A stretch of 64,000 bases of DNA, taken from Bacillales bacterium UBA1188. Its GTDB lineage: Bacteria; Bacillota_I; Bacilli_A; Izemoplasmatales; UBA1188. The translations under genes were made by a program, and so were the position numbers. Shown piece by piece: positions 28,616-38,365 of the stretch (position 1 is the stretch's first letter; every line of letters begins with the position of its first letter). Below the pieces are notes generated by a model. That model saw only the letters and a list, made by a program, of their open reading frames with translations, did not search any database and was not told the origin of the DNA. The DNA is taken from NCBI GenBank assembly GCA_002310135.1, contig DBYK01000003.1, positions 24,939 through 88,938 on the forward strand. The letters run 5' to 3'.

Positions 28616-29656
28616 TTATGCATTTTCGTTTAAAAAATCTATTCCTTCATCGTGTGAATGGTCAAGTCTAATCCAATATGCACTTCTTCCTCTGCCATAT
28701 GAAATTATTTTGCCTTCATCTTGAAGCTCTTTTAAACATCTATCGATTGTTGAATCGGATACATTAGGTAGTTTCTTTCTTATTTCTTCTTTTGTGAATT
28801 TTTCATCTAATTTATAAATTACTGTTTCAACAGTCTCACTCTTTTTGAGTTTTGAATCAAATTCAACAACTTTAGATAAATTCTTAACATCTTCGAATAA
28901 TTCAATTGATAATTTTATAATTAGTTTTAAAAAGAAAGATGTATCAGAATAACCAGCATCATACAAATATAAAGCTTTTAAAATCGAATCATTGTATTCT
29001 TCTTTTCTACTTGATAAAACTTTAAAAAATGAAGAATATTTTAATGCAGAAATATCAGAGGATAGAAGCAATATGTAAAGAAGAATTGATGCAACTATTT
29101 CATTACCATTTTTAAGTGGTTTTAAATGAATAAAATCGACAATAAACGAAATATTTAAATACAAATATTCTATTGTATCAGTATTTTTAATCCTATTATA
29201 TTCATTTACGAGTTCATCTAAAGATAAGGACACAGATTGTTCATTAGCGTTATGTTTTCTAATTGTGTTATTTTTATCTTTTGTATTCTTATAAATCATT
29301 AAGCCTAAGTCTTGAATTTCTCTTGTCGATAAAACGAATTTATTATCGCTATGAATCAATTCAAATATATTCATAAGATTCACAAAAATATTTTCTTCAT
29401 ATGTTTTTGGAACGAAACCTGATCTCTTATTTAAGAATTGTTTTATTCTTGTATCACTCAATTTGTGGTCCTTAAAAAACATATTGAAACAATATGTGAT
29501 ATCTTCTTCAATTGTTAGTTTGTGATAAAGATTTGAATTCCTATCTAATTCATTAACATATTTAGAACAGTTTCCAATACATTTATAGAGCTTAATATAA
29601 TCTAGTAGAATAGTTCTTGGAATTAAATCATTATGACAATTATTCAATGCAGTCAT
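28616..29656 (-). CDS. Fic-fold protein with a degenerate active-site motif and a C-terminal winged helix
   Basis: 346 aa. FIHLKPLKNGNEIVASILLYILL aligns with the Fic core HPFxDGNGRxxR but reads KPLKNGNEIVAS. The C-terminus VSDSTIDRCLKELQDEGKIISYGRGRSAYW looks like a wHTH. Confidence 0.5.
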   Translation of the reverse strand: MTALNNCHNDLIPRTILLDYIKLYKCIGNCSKYVNELDRNSNLYHKLTIEEDITYCFNMFFKDHKLSDTRIKQFLNKRSGFVPKTYEENIFVNLMNIFELIHSDNKFVLSTREIQDLGLMIYKNTKDKNNTIRKHNANEQSVSLSLDELVNEYNRIKNTDTIEYLYLNISFIVDFIHLKPLKNGNEIVASILLYILLLSSDISALKYSSFFKVLSSRKEEYNDSILKALYLYDAGYSDTSFFLKLIIKLSIELFEDVKNLSKVVEFDSKLKKSETVETVIYKLDEKFTKEEIRKKLPNVSDSTIDRCLKELQDEGKIISYGRGRSAYWIRLDHSHDEGIDFLNENA

Positions 29657-29665
29657 TTTTATCCC

Positions 29666-32335
29666 CTAAAACAAATCTTCTTTTAACCTTTCTATTTCTT
29701 CATCATCAACTATTTCATCTTGAGACTTATCTATTAGATCATCTTCTTTAACTTCTAGATAATCAAAAATAGTTGTTTGTTGTTCTATGATTTCACCTAG
29801 TTCATCGATTAAAGATCCTGGATGAGATTTTTGAACTTCTTCCAATGCTTCTTTTAATTGTTTAGATAAATCATTATGGTATTTGTTGTATAATTCTCTA
29901 TCAATAAATCTTAAATATAGAGATTTTGGAGTAGCATTTTGTACAACAGGTGCACCATGTTCATAATTATCTTTTGGAATTTCAGTTCCTTTAAATCTTA
30001 TCAATTCTTTATCAGTTAAGACATCAAGTTCAATAGAATCTTTATATTTAGATGGATTAGTAACTACAGCTTTTAAGAAATAATAAGGATTAGTTTTAAC
30101 ACTCTTTAAGAATGAATAACTTCTACCACTTCTTCTAGTCCTTGTTATATTCTTAAGAAGTATTCTCTTAAGACCACCTCTATTAGTTAGAAGTATTATT
30201 TCCTCTTTATAATAATTTGGGACAAGAATTGAATCTATTACTTCATCTTTAGGTTTCAAATTGATGTTTTTAACACCTAAAGCTTTAGCACCTGAAATAG
30301 GGACTTCACTCTTAGCATATTTTAAAATATTACCGAGTTTAGTCACAACTACTACTTCTTCTTTATCTTTATCTTCTAAAGAAGCACTAACTACGCTATC
30401 ACCATCCGCTAATTTCATAGCAAGGCCTCTTTTATATCTCTTTTCAAAGAATTCATCAGTAGGTGTTAACTTAATCTTGCCTTTTCTTGTTGAAATGAGG
30501 ACATTTGTTCCTTTTTCAAGTGGTTTATCTATATGATATATTCCAACTATCTTATCACTTCCACCTAGGTCAAATAAACTACCAATATATGCACCAAGTT
30601 CTTTGTATTTGAGTTCAGGTATCTTGTATATTGGAAGATTGATATAATAGCCATTCATTGTGAATAATAAGATAGTATTAACAGTATTACATAATTCATC
30701 GAAAATGATATAATCATTTTCTTTAAGACCTGGGTCTGATTGATTAATACTCATCTGATATGCTTTATTAGATAATCTCTTAATATAACCATCTTTAGTT
30801 ATAATTACATGAGTGTCTTCGTGAATAATTAATTCCTCTTCTTTAAACGATAAATCATTCTCTTCTTCACTTATAACTGTCTTTCTTGGGGTAATTACTT
30901 TAGTATTGATATCTTCTAATTCTTCAATAATTACTCTCTTTAAAGCATTTTCATTAGATAAAATATGTTCAAGTCTTTTGATTTCAACTTCTAAGCTATG
31001 TTTTTCGTTTAAGAGTTCTTCAACATCATATTTTGAAAGACGATATAGTTGAAGCATTACAATAGCTTCAGCTTGAAGATCAGTAAAACCATATTTTGTC
31101 ATTATATTCTTTTTAGAATCTTGTTTGCCGTTAGAACTCTTAATTGTTTCAATTACTTCATCGCTAATAGATATTAGTTTAGTAAGACCATTAACGATAT
31201 GAAGTCTTTTTTCACATTTATCTTTTTCATAATTCGATCTATTAGTTATTACTTCTTTTGTATGAAGAATATAAGCATCTATAATATCTAGAATCCCTAA
31301 TGTTTTAGGGCTTCTATCAACTATTGCGACCATATTATAAGATATATTGATTTGAAGGTCAGTATTCTTAAATAAATAATTTAGGATTATATCAGGATTT
31401 GATTCATTTCTTGTCTCAATTACAATCCTTAAACCTTCTTTATCTGATTCATCTCTAACCTCAATAATTCCGTCAATTTTCTTAGTTGATCCGATTGTAT
31501 CAATCTTTCTTACAAGTAAAGATTTATTCACACCATAAGGTATCTCAGTAATGATGATATTGTGGCCTTCTATTTTAGTTTTACTTCTAATTGTAACTCT
31601 TCCTCTACCTGTTTTAAGTGCATCTAAAAGTTCAGGACTATCAATAATTATTCCACCACCTGGAAAATCAGGCCCTGGAAGAATAGTTACAGCTTCTTCG
31701 AAACTCAAATTAGGGTTTTTAATCCTCTCAATTGTTAAATTGATTGTTTCATTTAGATTATGAGGAGGGATGTTTGTAGCATAACCTGCGGATATACCTT
31801 CTGCCCCATTCACGAGTAAATTTGGGAATTTCGCAGGTAAAACTACTGGTTCAATTTCTGAATCATCGTAATTTGGAATAAATTGAACAGTCTTCTTTTC
31901 TATATCTTTAAGTAAATACATCGAAGCAAGCGATAATCTAGCTTCAGTATAACGCATCGCAGCAGCTGAATCTCCATCAATTGAGCCTTTATTACCTTGC
32001 ATATCGATTAATGGTACATTAATCTTGAAGTCTTGGCTCATTCTAACTAAGGCATCATAAACTGAAGCATCACCATGAGGATGATACTTACCAATTACTT
32101 CACCAACGATTCTTGCGCTCTTTTTATATGCTTCGCCATAAACCATTCCTACAGTCTTCATAGCATATAATATTCTTCTCTGAACTGGTTTTAAGCCATC
32201 TCTTACATCAGGAATAGCTCTATCTTGAATGATATATTTTGCATATGAGCCGAAGCAATCGCCCATTACTTTTTCTAGATATTCACTTTGTATCTTTTGT
32301 TCAATTAGAGTATTAATTGGGTCTTTTTTAGCCAT
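29666..32335 (-). CDS. parC: DNA topoisomerase IV subunit A
   Basis: 889 aa with DGLKPVQRR, GKYHPHGD and the catalytic AAMRYTEARL. It lies downstream of parE and I see no clear GyrA box. It has a long acidic C-terminal tail. Confidence 0.8.
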   Translation of the reverse strand: MAKKDPINTLIEQKIQSEYLEKVMGDCFGSYAKYIIQDRAIPDVRDGLKPVQRRILYAMKTVGMVYGEAYKKSARIVGEVIGKYHPHGDASVYDALVRMSQDFKINVPLIDMQGNKGSIDGDSAAAMRYTEARLSLASMYLLKDIEKKTVQFIPNYDDSEIEPVVLPAKFPNLLVNGAEGISAGYATNIPPHNLNETINLTIERIKNPNLSFEEAVTILPGPDFPGGGIIIDSPELLDALKTGRGRVTIRSKTKIEGHNIIITEIPYGVNKSLLVRKIDTIGSTKKIDGIIEVRDESDKEGLRIVIETRNESNPDIILNYLFKNTDLQINISYNMVAIVDRSPKTLGILDIIDAYILHTKEVITNRSNYEKDKCEKRLHIVNGLTKLISISDEVIETIKSSNGKQDSKKNIMTKYGFTDLQAEAIVMLQLYRLSKYDVEELLNEKHSLEVEIKRLEHILSNENALKRVIIEELEDINTKVITPRKTVISEEENDLSFKEEELIIHEDTHVIITKDGYIKRLSNKAYQMSINQSDPGLKENDYIIFDELCNTVNTILLFTMNGYYINLPIYKIPELKYKELGAYIGSLFDLGGSDKIVGIYHIDKPLEKGTNVLISTRKGKIKLTPTDEFFEKRYKRGLAMKLADGDSVVSASLEDKDKEEVVVVTKLGNILKYAKSEVPISGAKALGVKNINLKPKDEVIDSILVPNYYKEEIILLTNRGGLKRILLKNITRTRRSGRSYSFLKSVKTNPYYFLKAVVTNPSKYKDSIELDVLTDKELIRFKGTEIPKDNYEHGAPVVQNATPKSLYLRFIDRELYNKYHNDLSKQLKEALEEVQKSHPGSLIDELGEIIEQQTTIFDYLEVKEDDLIDKSQDEIVDDEEIERLKEDLF

Positions 32336-32341
32336 AAATTC

Positions 32342-34288
32342 CTACTCCTCATTCTCTTGAATTTGATAATCATCTATTTCATTGAATGAAACATTATTAT
32401 CAATCCATTGTTTTCTTGGTTCAACATCATCACCCATTAGAATTCTAACTGTCTTATCCGCATCCGCTAAATCTTCTATTTTAACTTGAACTAAAGTTCT
32501 AGTTTTAGGGTCCATTGTAGTCTCCCATAATTGTTCTGAATTCATCTCACCAAGGCCTTTATATCTTTGAATTGAATATTTCTTTAAATTCTTTAAAAGG
32601 TTGTCTTTTTCTTCATCACTATATACATAAGTGGTCTTCTTATGCTTAGAAGAATTATCATCTATTTTATATAGTGGAGGCTTTGCGCAATAAACTTTCC
32701 CTTGAAGTACTAAATCAGTCATATATCTAAAGAAGAATGTTAATAGTAAGATTTGGATGTGAGCACCATCGACATCCGCATCAGTCATAATTATGATTTT
32801 ATCATAATTACATTTCTTAATATTGAAATCCTTACCAAACCCAGCACCAATCGCATAAATCATGGTGTTAAGTTCTTCGTTTTTAAGCACTTCTTCTAAA
32901 GTTGCTTTTTCTGTATTTAATACTTTACCCCTCAAAGGAAGTATTGCTTGAAATTTTCTATCTCTTCCCTGTTTCGCAGATCCACCTGCAGAATCACCCT
33001 CAACTAAGAATAATTCATTCAATTTATTATTCTTTGAAGATGCAGGAGATAATTTACCAGATAAATTTTGTTCAACTTTAGTTTTGCTCTTAATAAGTCT
33101 TACAGAATCTCTAGCTTTTCTTGCTGCTTCTCTAGCCATTCTTGCTTGATAAGCTCTCTGTAATAAATTTTGAATAATTTGTTGATTCTCTGTGAAGAAA
33201 TATAATAATTTTTCTGATACTACTTCTTCACAGACATTTTTTGCAATTGGAGTTCCTAGTTTTTCCTTTGTTTGGCCTTCAAATTCAAGTATAGATTCAG
33301 GAACTTTTAATGACAGCACAGCAACAAGACCATCTCTTACATCTGGCCCTTCAAAAGGAGAATCTTTTTCTTTAAGAACTCCTAGTTTATATGCAAAATC
33401 ATTGAATGTTTTAGTTAGTGCAGTTTTAAAGCCCACTTCATGAGTACCTGCATCTTTAGTTCTTACATTATTTACAAATGAGTGAATATTTTCTCCATAT
33501 CCATTCTTTAAATATTGAATAGAGAATTCTACATTAATTTCTTGAAGTTCTTGTTCGAAATAGATTGGTTTTTCTAGTATTCTTTCATGTTCATTAGATA
33601 GATAATCGACATATTCAACAATTCCAGTTTCATAACAATAATTTTCTTTAACTTTATTTCTTTCATCAATTAAATTGAGGGTTAAACCTTTAATTAAAAA
33701 AGCTGATTCTTTAATCCTTTCTCTTATAGTTGATAAAGAAAATAAAGTAGTTGAAAAAATAGTATGATCAGGTTTAAACCATACTTCAGTTCCATGCTTC
33801 TTAGTATCACCTAAACATTCTATTTCTTTATTAAATTTTTTACCGCCATTTGAAAATAATTGATGATAAATTTTACCTTGTTTATAACTCTTAACGTCAA
33901 CCCATTCAGATAAAGCATTCACAACAGACGCACCAACACCATGAAGCCCACCTGCAGTTTTATATGCACCATTAGAATTGAATTTACCACCTGCATGCAA
34001 AACAGTGAAGATAACATTTAAAACATCATCTCCATTTTTATGTTTTCCAACTGGGAGTCCTCTTCCGTCATCACAAATAAGAATTGAATTATCTTCTTTT
34101 ATAGTAACTGAAATATTCTTACAATATCCACTTAAAGCTTCATCTATTGCATTGTCTAATATTTCCCATACTAATTGATGTAGTCCTCTTGTATCAGTTG
34201 AACCAATATACATTCCTGGTCTTTTTCTTACTGCTTCAAGGCCTTCAAGAATCTGTATACTCGATGCATCGTATTTATCATTTGGCAT
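32342..34288 (-). CDS. parE: DNA topoisomerase IV subunit B
   Basis: 648 aa with a GHKL ATPase (EILDNAIDE, DDGRGLP, GGLHGVG) and Toprim (LVEGDSAGGSAKQGRDR, IMTDADVDG). The yneF-parE-parC neighbourhood matches Bacillus. Confidence 0.8.
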   Translation of the reverse strand: MPNDKYDASSIQILEGLEAVRKRPGMYIGSTDTRGLHQLVWEILDNAIDEALSGYCKNISVTIKEDNSILICDDGRGLPVGKHKNGDDVLNVIFTVLHAGGKFNSNGAYKTAGGLHGVGASVVNALSEWVDVKSYKQGKIYHQLFSNGGKKFNKEIECLGDTKKHGTEVWFKPDHTIFSTTLFSLSTIRERIKESAFLIKGLTLNLIDERNKVKENYCYETGIVEYVDYLSNEHERILEKPIYFEQELQEINVEFSIQYLKNGYGENIHSFVNNVRTKDAGTHEVGFKTALTKTFNDFAYKLGVLKEKDSPFEGPDVRDGLVAVLSLKVPESILEFEGQTKEKLGTPIAKNVCEEVVSEKLLYFFTENQQIIQNLLQRAYQARMAREAARKARDSVRLIKSKTKVEQNLSGKLSPASSKNNKLNELFLVEGDSAGGSAKQGRDRKFQAILPLRGKVLNTEKATLEEVLKNEELNTMIYAIGAGFGKDFNIKKCNYDKIIIMTDADVDGAHIQILLLTFFFRYMTDLVLQGKVYCAKPPLYKIDDNSSKHKKTTYVYSDEEKDNLLKNLKKYSIQRYKGLGEMNSEQLWETTMDPKTRTLVQVKIEDLADADKTVRILMGDDVEPRKQWIDNNVSFNEIDDYQIQENEE

Positions 34289-34330
34289 AAAATTACCTCA
34301 CAACTATTAATTATAATATAAAATAGAAAA

Positions 34331-34357
34331 ATAAAAAACCTCAAATGAGGTTTTTTC
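34331..34357 (-). terminator. Terminator after yneF
   Basis: AAAAAACCTC-AAAT-GAGGTTTTTT is a palindromic hairpin with a U-run on either strand. Confidence 0.6.
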
Positions 34358-34370
34358 TATCAAAAATTGT

Positions 34371-34589
34371 TTATTTATTGTTTTGTTGAATAGATGCCAT
34401 TACTTGACGAACTTGTTTTTCAGATGGAGTTCTTCCCATTTGTCTCATCATAATTCTCACAACATCTTCTGTGATTGGAGGATTCTTCTTTTGATAATTC
34501 TTAAAATATTTTACTGCAATAAAGAAACCGGCAACTGCACCTAAAATTAATGCTCCAATTCCAATTAATAATACTCCCCACCAAGGCAT
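34371..34589 (-). CDS. yneF: UPF0154 (YneF) small membrane protein
   Basis: 72 aa with one N-terminal helix, then PPITEDVVRIMMRQMGRTPSEKQVRQVM, which is typical of YneF. Confidence 0.8.
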   Translation of the reverse strand: MPWWGVLLIGIGALILGAVAGFFIAVKYFKNYQKKNPPITEDVVRIMMRQMGRTPSEKQVRQVMASIQQNNK

Positions 34590-34622
34590 TCTGTATTTCC
34601 TCCTTATTTATACTACTTATAA

Positions 34623-34651
34623 ATAATACCTTATTTCATAAGATTATTCAA
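34623..34651 (-). promoter_or_regulatory. Candidate promoter of yneF
   Basis: On the minus strand: TTGAAT, a 17-nt spacer, then TATTAT. It lies about 30 nt upstream of the AAGGAGG RBS. Confidence 0.45.
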
Positions 34652-34711
34652 CTTTTTCTTTACAAACTACTCTTTTTAAGTTAAAGTTTAAATATCCTAT
34701 AGGAGGGTAAC

Positions 34712-34879
34712 ATGCCAAGAAAAATTACAGATTCTTGTATCGCTTGCGGTACATGCGCAGCAAACTGCCCTGTTGGATGCATCAGTGAAGGTGATATATA
34801 TAAAATTGATCCAGATCAATGCATAGACTGTGGAGTTTGTCAAGAAAATTGCCCAGTTCAAGCTATCGAAGAAGAATAG
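34712..34879 (+). CDS. 2x[4Fe-4S] ferredoxin (55 aa, absent from the ORF track)
   Basis: The product is MPRKITDSCIACGTCAANCPVGCISEGDIYKIDPDQCIDCGVCQENCPVQAIEEE, with two CxxCxxCxxxCP motifs. AGGAGGG lies 5 nt upstream and a hairpin terminator follows. Confidence 0.85.
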   Translation: MPRKITDSCIACGTCAANCPVGCISEGDIYKIDPDQCIDCGVCQENCPVQAIEEE

Positions 34880-34887
34880 TTTGAATT

Positions 34888-34920
34888 AAAAAATGAGTGC
34901 TCGAAACACTCATTTTTTAA
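34888..34920. terminator. Bidirectional terminator between the ferredoxin (+) and lipoprotein (-) genes
   Basis: AATGAGTG (34892-34899) pairs with CACTCATT (34907-34914) across a 7-nt loop. It is flanked by A5 and T6. Confidence 0.65.
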
Positions 34921-34931
34921 TTTTTTCATTA

Positions 34932-35318
34932 TTATTTTTGTTTATTATAAGTTAGGCTTCCAATCTTGATGAACTCAACTCCATCAGCATTTTTGCCTTT
35001 AGAAAAACTATAAGTTCCACTGTATGAAGAATCATCATCAGAAAATGTTAATACGATAACTAAACCGTCTTTTTCTTCATTGTCTTTAATTTCATAAGTT
35101 CCTTCATATACAGAAGTTTCTTGTTGACCAATTACAGTTCCTGTTACAGTTAATTTTACTTTCTTACCACTGAATTCATATAAAGCAGTTGATTCAGCTA
35201 AACCAGAAACACCAATAGATCCTTTATATTTACCAGATAAAGTGTTTCCACATGCTGCAAGAGTGAAACATACTGCAGCTACTAATACTAATGATAAAAT
35301 TCTAGTTAATCTTTTCAT
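34932..35318 (-). CDS. Small lipoprotein, function unknown
   Basis: 128 aa with lipobox FTLAACG and a beta-rich mature part. It has its own consensus promoter and terminator. Confidence 0.7.
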   Translation of the reverse strand: MKRLTRILSLVLVAAVCFTLAACGNTLSGKYKGSIGVSGLAESTALYEFSGKKVKLTVTGTVIGQQETSVYEGTYEIKDNEEKDGLVIVLTFSDDDSSYSGTYSFSKGKNADGVEFIKIGSLTYNKQK

Positions 35319-35349
35319 ATCTCTTCTCCTTTTATTTTATTATGATTTA

Positions 35350-35378
35350 ATTATAGATATTATTATTATTTTTGTCAA
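35350..35378 (-). promoter_or_regulatory. Consensus sigma-70 promoter of the small lipoprotein gene
   Basis: On the minus strand: a perfect TTGACA (35378-35373), a 17-nt spacer and a perfect TATAAT (35355-35350). The RBS AAGGAGAAG follows. Confidence 0.7.
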
Positions 35379-35398
35379 ATACACTTAATAAAAATTAA

Positions 35399-36100
35399 TT
35401 ATTTTAATAAATACATAAAAATTGAACCAGCAACTCCAACATTTAAAGATTCAATTTTATTCATTGGAATTGTCAAATTGATATCAGTAATATCCTGGTA
35501 TTCTTTTCTAATTCCATTTCCTTCATTTCCTAAAATTAATACTAACTTTTTACACAAATTGTAATTTAATGTATTAACACTATCCCCATTTAAAGTGGTA
35601 CCAATTAGATAATATCCCTTGTTCTTTAAATTAGGTAAAGATTCTTTAATAAAATTAAGGTGGAATATAGCTCCCTCACTCGATCTTACTACTTTAGGAT
35701 TATATATATCAGCGCATTCATCAAGTATTACTGTATCAAAATTAAATGCGATTGAAGATCTCAAAAGTGTACCTATATTTCCTGGGTCTTGAAGTCTATC
35801 AAGGTATAATATTTTATTCCCAATTTTAGATGAATTTTCTTTCTTAACTACAGCAATAATTCCTTCTGGAGTGATAGTATTTGTGATTTTAGATAAGAGT
35901 TCTTCTGAAATAATTATTGCATCTTTATATTTTTCTTCTTCTTTAATAGAATAAATACTGACTAGTCTAGATGCTTTAATAGCTTCATCAATCAAATTAT
36001 ATCCTTCAACAATAAAGAGAGATTTTTCATCTCTATATTTTTTATTTTTATATAATTTGACTAATTCCTTTATTTTATTATTATCCTTAGAAGTTATCAT
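35399..36100 (-). CDS. TrmH/SpoU-family RNA 2'-O-methyltransferase
   Basis: 233 aa with an L30e-like N-terminal domain and SPOUT motifs (LDRLQDPGNIGTLLRS, ILGNEGNGI, IPMNKIESLNVGVAGSI). Confidence 0.8.
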   Translation of the reverse strand: MITSKDNNKIKELVKLYKNKKYRDEKSLFIVEGYNLIDEAIKASRLVSIYSIKEEEKYKDAIIISEELLSKITNTITPEGIIAVVKKENSSKIGNKILYLDRLQDPGNIGTLLRSSIAFNFDTVILDECADIYNPKVVRSSEGAIFHLNFIKESLPNLKNKGYYLIGTTLNGDSVNTLNYNLCKKLVLILGNEGNGIRKEYQDITDINLTIPMNKIESLNVGVAGSIFMYLLK

Positions 36101-36683
36101 ATCTTACATCTTCTTTTTCATCTATATAAGTTGCAAGAGAGTCAGCAATATATGTCAAAAGCACAATATCATCAATCTTATATGCAGCCTCGATTGTAGT
36201 TGTATTTTGTGCTTTAACTCTATTGTCATATGGACCCATATGCCAATTAATAGCTAGAGCTTCAATATCAGATAATTTCATAAATTTTGAAATAATATAT
36301 ACTGATTTTTCTCCATGGCCATATGGCAATACTTCATCAATTTTATATACTGATTTAGTTAGCCATACACCACCTTCATTTACTTTTCTATAATCTTTCT
36401 TATAGAAATTTATTTTACATACATCATGAAGTAGGCCAATAATCGCAATTGTTTCATCTGAATATTTGTTATATAAAGAGTCTTCATTACTGATTAAGTT
36501 TTTAAGTCTATAATAAACATTTATTGAATGATTACAAAGACCTCCTTCATAAGCGTTATGGAATTTACTAGATGCAGGAGCAGTGAAAAAATCAGTAGAT
36601 TGCAAATATTCTAGCATCTTATCTGATCCTTCTCTTTTGATATTTTCTCTATATATTTTAATGAATTCTTCTTTTACACCCAT
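36087..36683 (-). CDS. HD-domain phosphohydrolase, function unknown
   Basis: 198 aa with SSKFHNAYEGGLCNHS, the HD dyad in GLLHDVCK and a later GHGEKS. It overlaps the trmH-like start by 14 nt. Confidence 0.6.
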   Translation of the reverse strand: MGVKEEFIKIYRENIKREGSDKMLEYLQSTDFFTAPASSKFHNAYEGGLCNHSINVYYRLKNLISNEDSLYNKYSDETIAIIGLLHDVCKINFYKKDYRKVNEGGVWLTKSVYKIDEVLPYGHGEKSVYIISKFMKLSDIEALAINWHMGPYDNRVKAQNTTTIEAAYKIDDIVLLTYIADSLATYIDEKEDVRYDNF

Positions 36684-36694
36684 AAAGTAGCTCC

Positions 36695-38362
36695 TTAGAT
36701 TATTCCAAATGGATTACCATCTTCATCAATACCCATATGTTTACATACAGGATCTATTGGTAAGCCTGGCATAGTGATGATTTTACCTGTATATACAACT
36801 ATAAACCCAGCACCTAGTGATAATGATACATCCTTAACATGTATAGTGAAATCTTTTGGTGCGTTTAATATCTTAGAATCATCTGTGACAGAATTCTGAG
36901 TTTTAGCTATGCATATTAGTAGATTAGAATAACCTAATTTCTTATATAATTCTATTTTTTCTAAAGCTTTAGGTGAATATTCAACACTTCCTGCACCATA
37001 TGCTTTTTTCGCAACTTTCAAGATTTTATCCTTTATATCATCTTTAGTTTCATATAAGAAATGAAGTTCATCTTTCTTATTTTCATTTAGAACTTTAAGT
37101 ACTCTTTCTGCGAGTTTAATTCCACCATTACCGCCATTTGTATGAATATCTGCGAGTTCAAAATTGTATCCTTTATCTCTAAGATATCCTTCTAATGCGT
37201 CAATTTCTTTATCTGTATCAGTATAGAATTTATTTATTGCAATAACAAATGGAAGATTGAAATTTTTAATTGTTTCAATATGCCTTTCTAGGTTTTCACA
37301 ACCCTTAATCATTGCTTCTATATTTTCTTCTTTTAGATTTTCAAGTTCTACTCCACCATGCATCTTAAGAGCTCTAATAGTTGCGACTAAAATACAGGCA
37401 CTTGGGTGAATCCCTGAGATTCTTGCTTTAATATCTAAGAATTTTTCAAGTCCTAAATCTGCGCCAAATCCAGCCTCTGTAATAACTACATCACTTAAAT
37501 GTTTCGCATAAGTTGTAGCCATAATGGAATTACATCCATGGGCAATATTTGCGAATGGTCCACCATGAATTATTGCAGGGCCTCCTTCAGTAGTTTGAAC
37601 TAAATTTGGTTTAAATGCTTCTTTTAATAAAAGAAGGAGTGAACCAGTGATGTTTAAATCTTTTAATAATATTTCCTTTCCATCTTTAGAATATGCAACT
37701 AATGAATTATTGAGTCTATTTTCTAAATCTTTGAAATCTTTAGATAAACATAAAATCGCCATTAATTCAGTTGCAACAGTAATTCTGAATTGATCTAATC
37801 TTTCAACACCATTGAATTTTGAACCCTGACCAATTTTTACACTTCTAAGCGCTCTATCGTTTACATCTAGACATCTCGCCCAAACAACTCTATCAGGATC
37901 TATATTTAATTGTGAATCATAATATATTTCATTATCTATTACTGCAGAAACTAAATTATTTGCGCTTGTTAAAGCGTGCATATCACCTGTGAAATGGAAA
38001 TTGATATCCTCCATTGGTACTACTTGTGAATATCCTCCACCAGTTGCACCACCTTTAAGACCCATAACAGGTCCAAGTGATGGTTCTCTTAACGCTAGGC
38101 AAACATTAACGTTTAGTTTCCTTAAAGCTTGAGCAAGACCAATAGAGACTGTAGTTTTACCTTCACCAGCTTTAGTTGGAGTAATTGCGGATACTAAAAC
38201 AACTTTTCCGTTATGATTTTTCTTATTTAAGATTGAATCATTGATTTTAGCTTTATATTTTCCATATAATTCTAAATCATCTTCACCTAAATCTAGTTCT
38301 TTTGCTACATCTTTAATATTTCTTAATTTAATCTCTTGTTGAACTTCTAAATCGCTTTTCAT
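36695..38362 (-). CDS. fhs: Formate--tetrahydrofolate ligase
   Basis: 555 aa with PTKAGEGKTT, EPSLGPVMGLKGGATGGGY and GGPFANIAHG. Confidence 0.95.
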   Translation of the reverse strand: MKSDLEVQQEIKLRNIKDVAKELDLGEDDLELYGKYKAKINDSILNKKNHNGKVVLVSAITPTKAGEGKTTVSIGLAQALRKLNVNVCLALREPSLGPVMGLKGGATGGGYSQVVPMEDINFHFTGDMHALTSANNLVSAVIDNEIYYDSQLNIDPDRVVWARCLDVNDRALRSVKIGQGSKFNGVERLDQFRITVATELMAILCLSKDFKDLENRLNNSLVAYSKDGKEILLKDLNITGSLLLLLKEAFKPNLVQTTEGGPAIIHGGPFANIAHGCNSIMATTYAKHLSDVVITEAGFGADLGLEKFLDIKARISGIHPSACILVATIRALKMHGGVELENLKEENIEAMIKGCENLERHIETIKNFNLPFVIAINKFYTDTDKEIDALEGYLRDKGYNFELADIHTNGGNGGIKLAERVLKVLNENKKDELHFLYETKDDIKDKILKVAKKAYGAGSVEYSPKALEKIELYKKLGYSNLLICIAKTQNSVTDDSKILNAPKDFTIHVKDVSLSLGAGFIVVYTGKIITMPGLPIDPVCKHMGIDEDGNPFGII

Positions 38363-38365
38363 ATC

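Noticed and set aside
29666-34288. An alternative reading of the topoisomerase pair as gyrB-gyrA.
   Set aside because: The pair is far from any dnaA-dnaN-recF context and sits next to yneF, as parE-parC does in Bacillus. The A subunit shows no clear GyrA box (QRRGGKG). The only loosely similar string, TRRSGRS, is in the wrong part of the C-terminal domain. Residual uncertainty is reflected in the confidence values.
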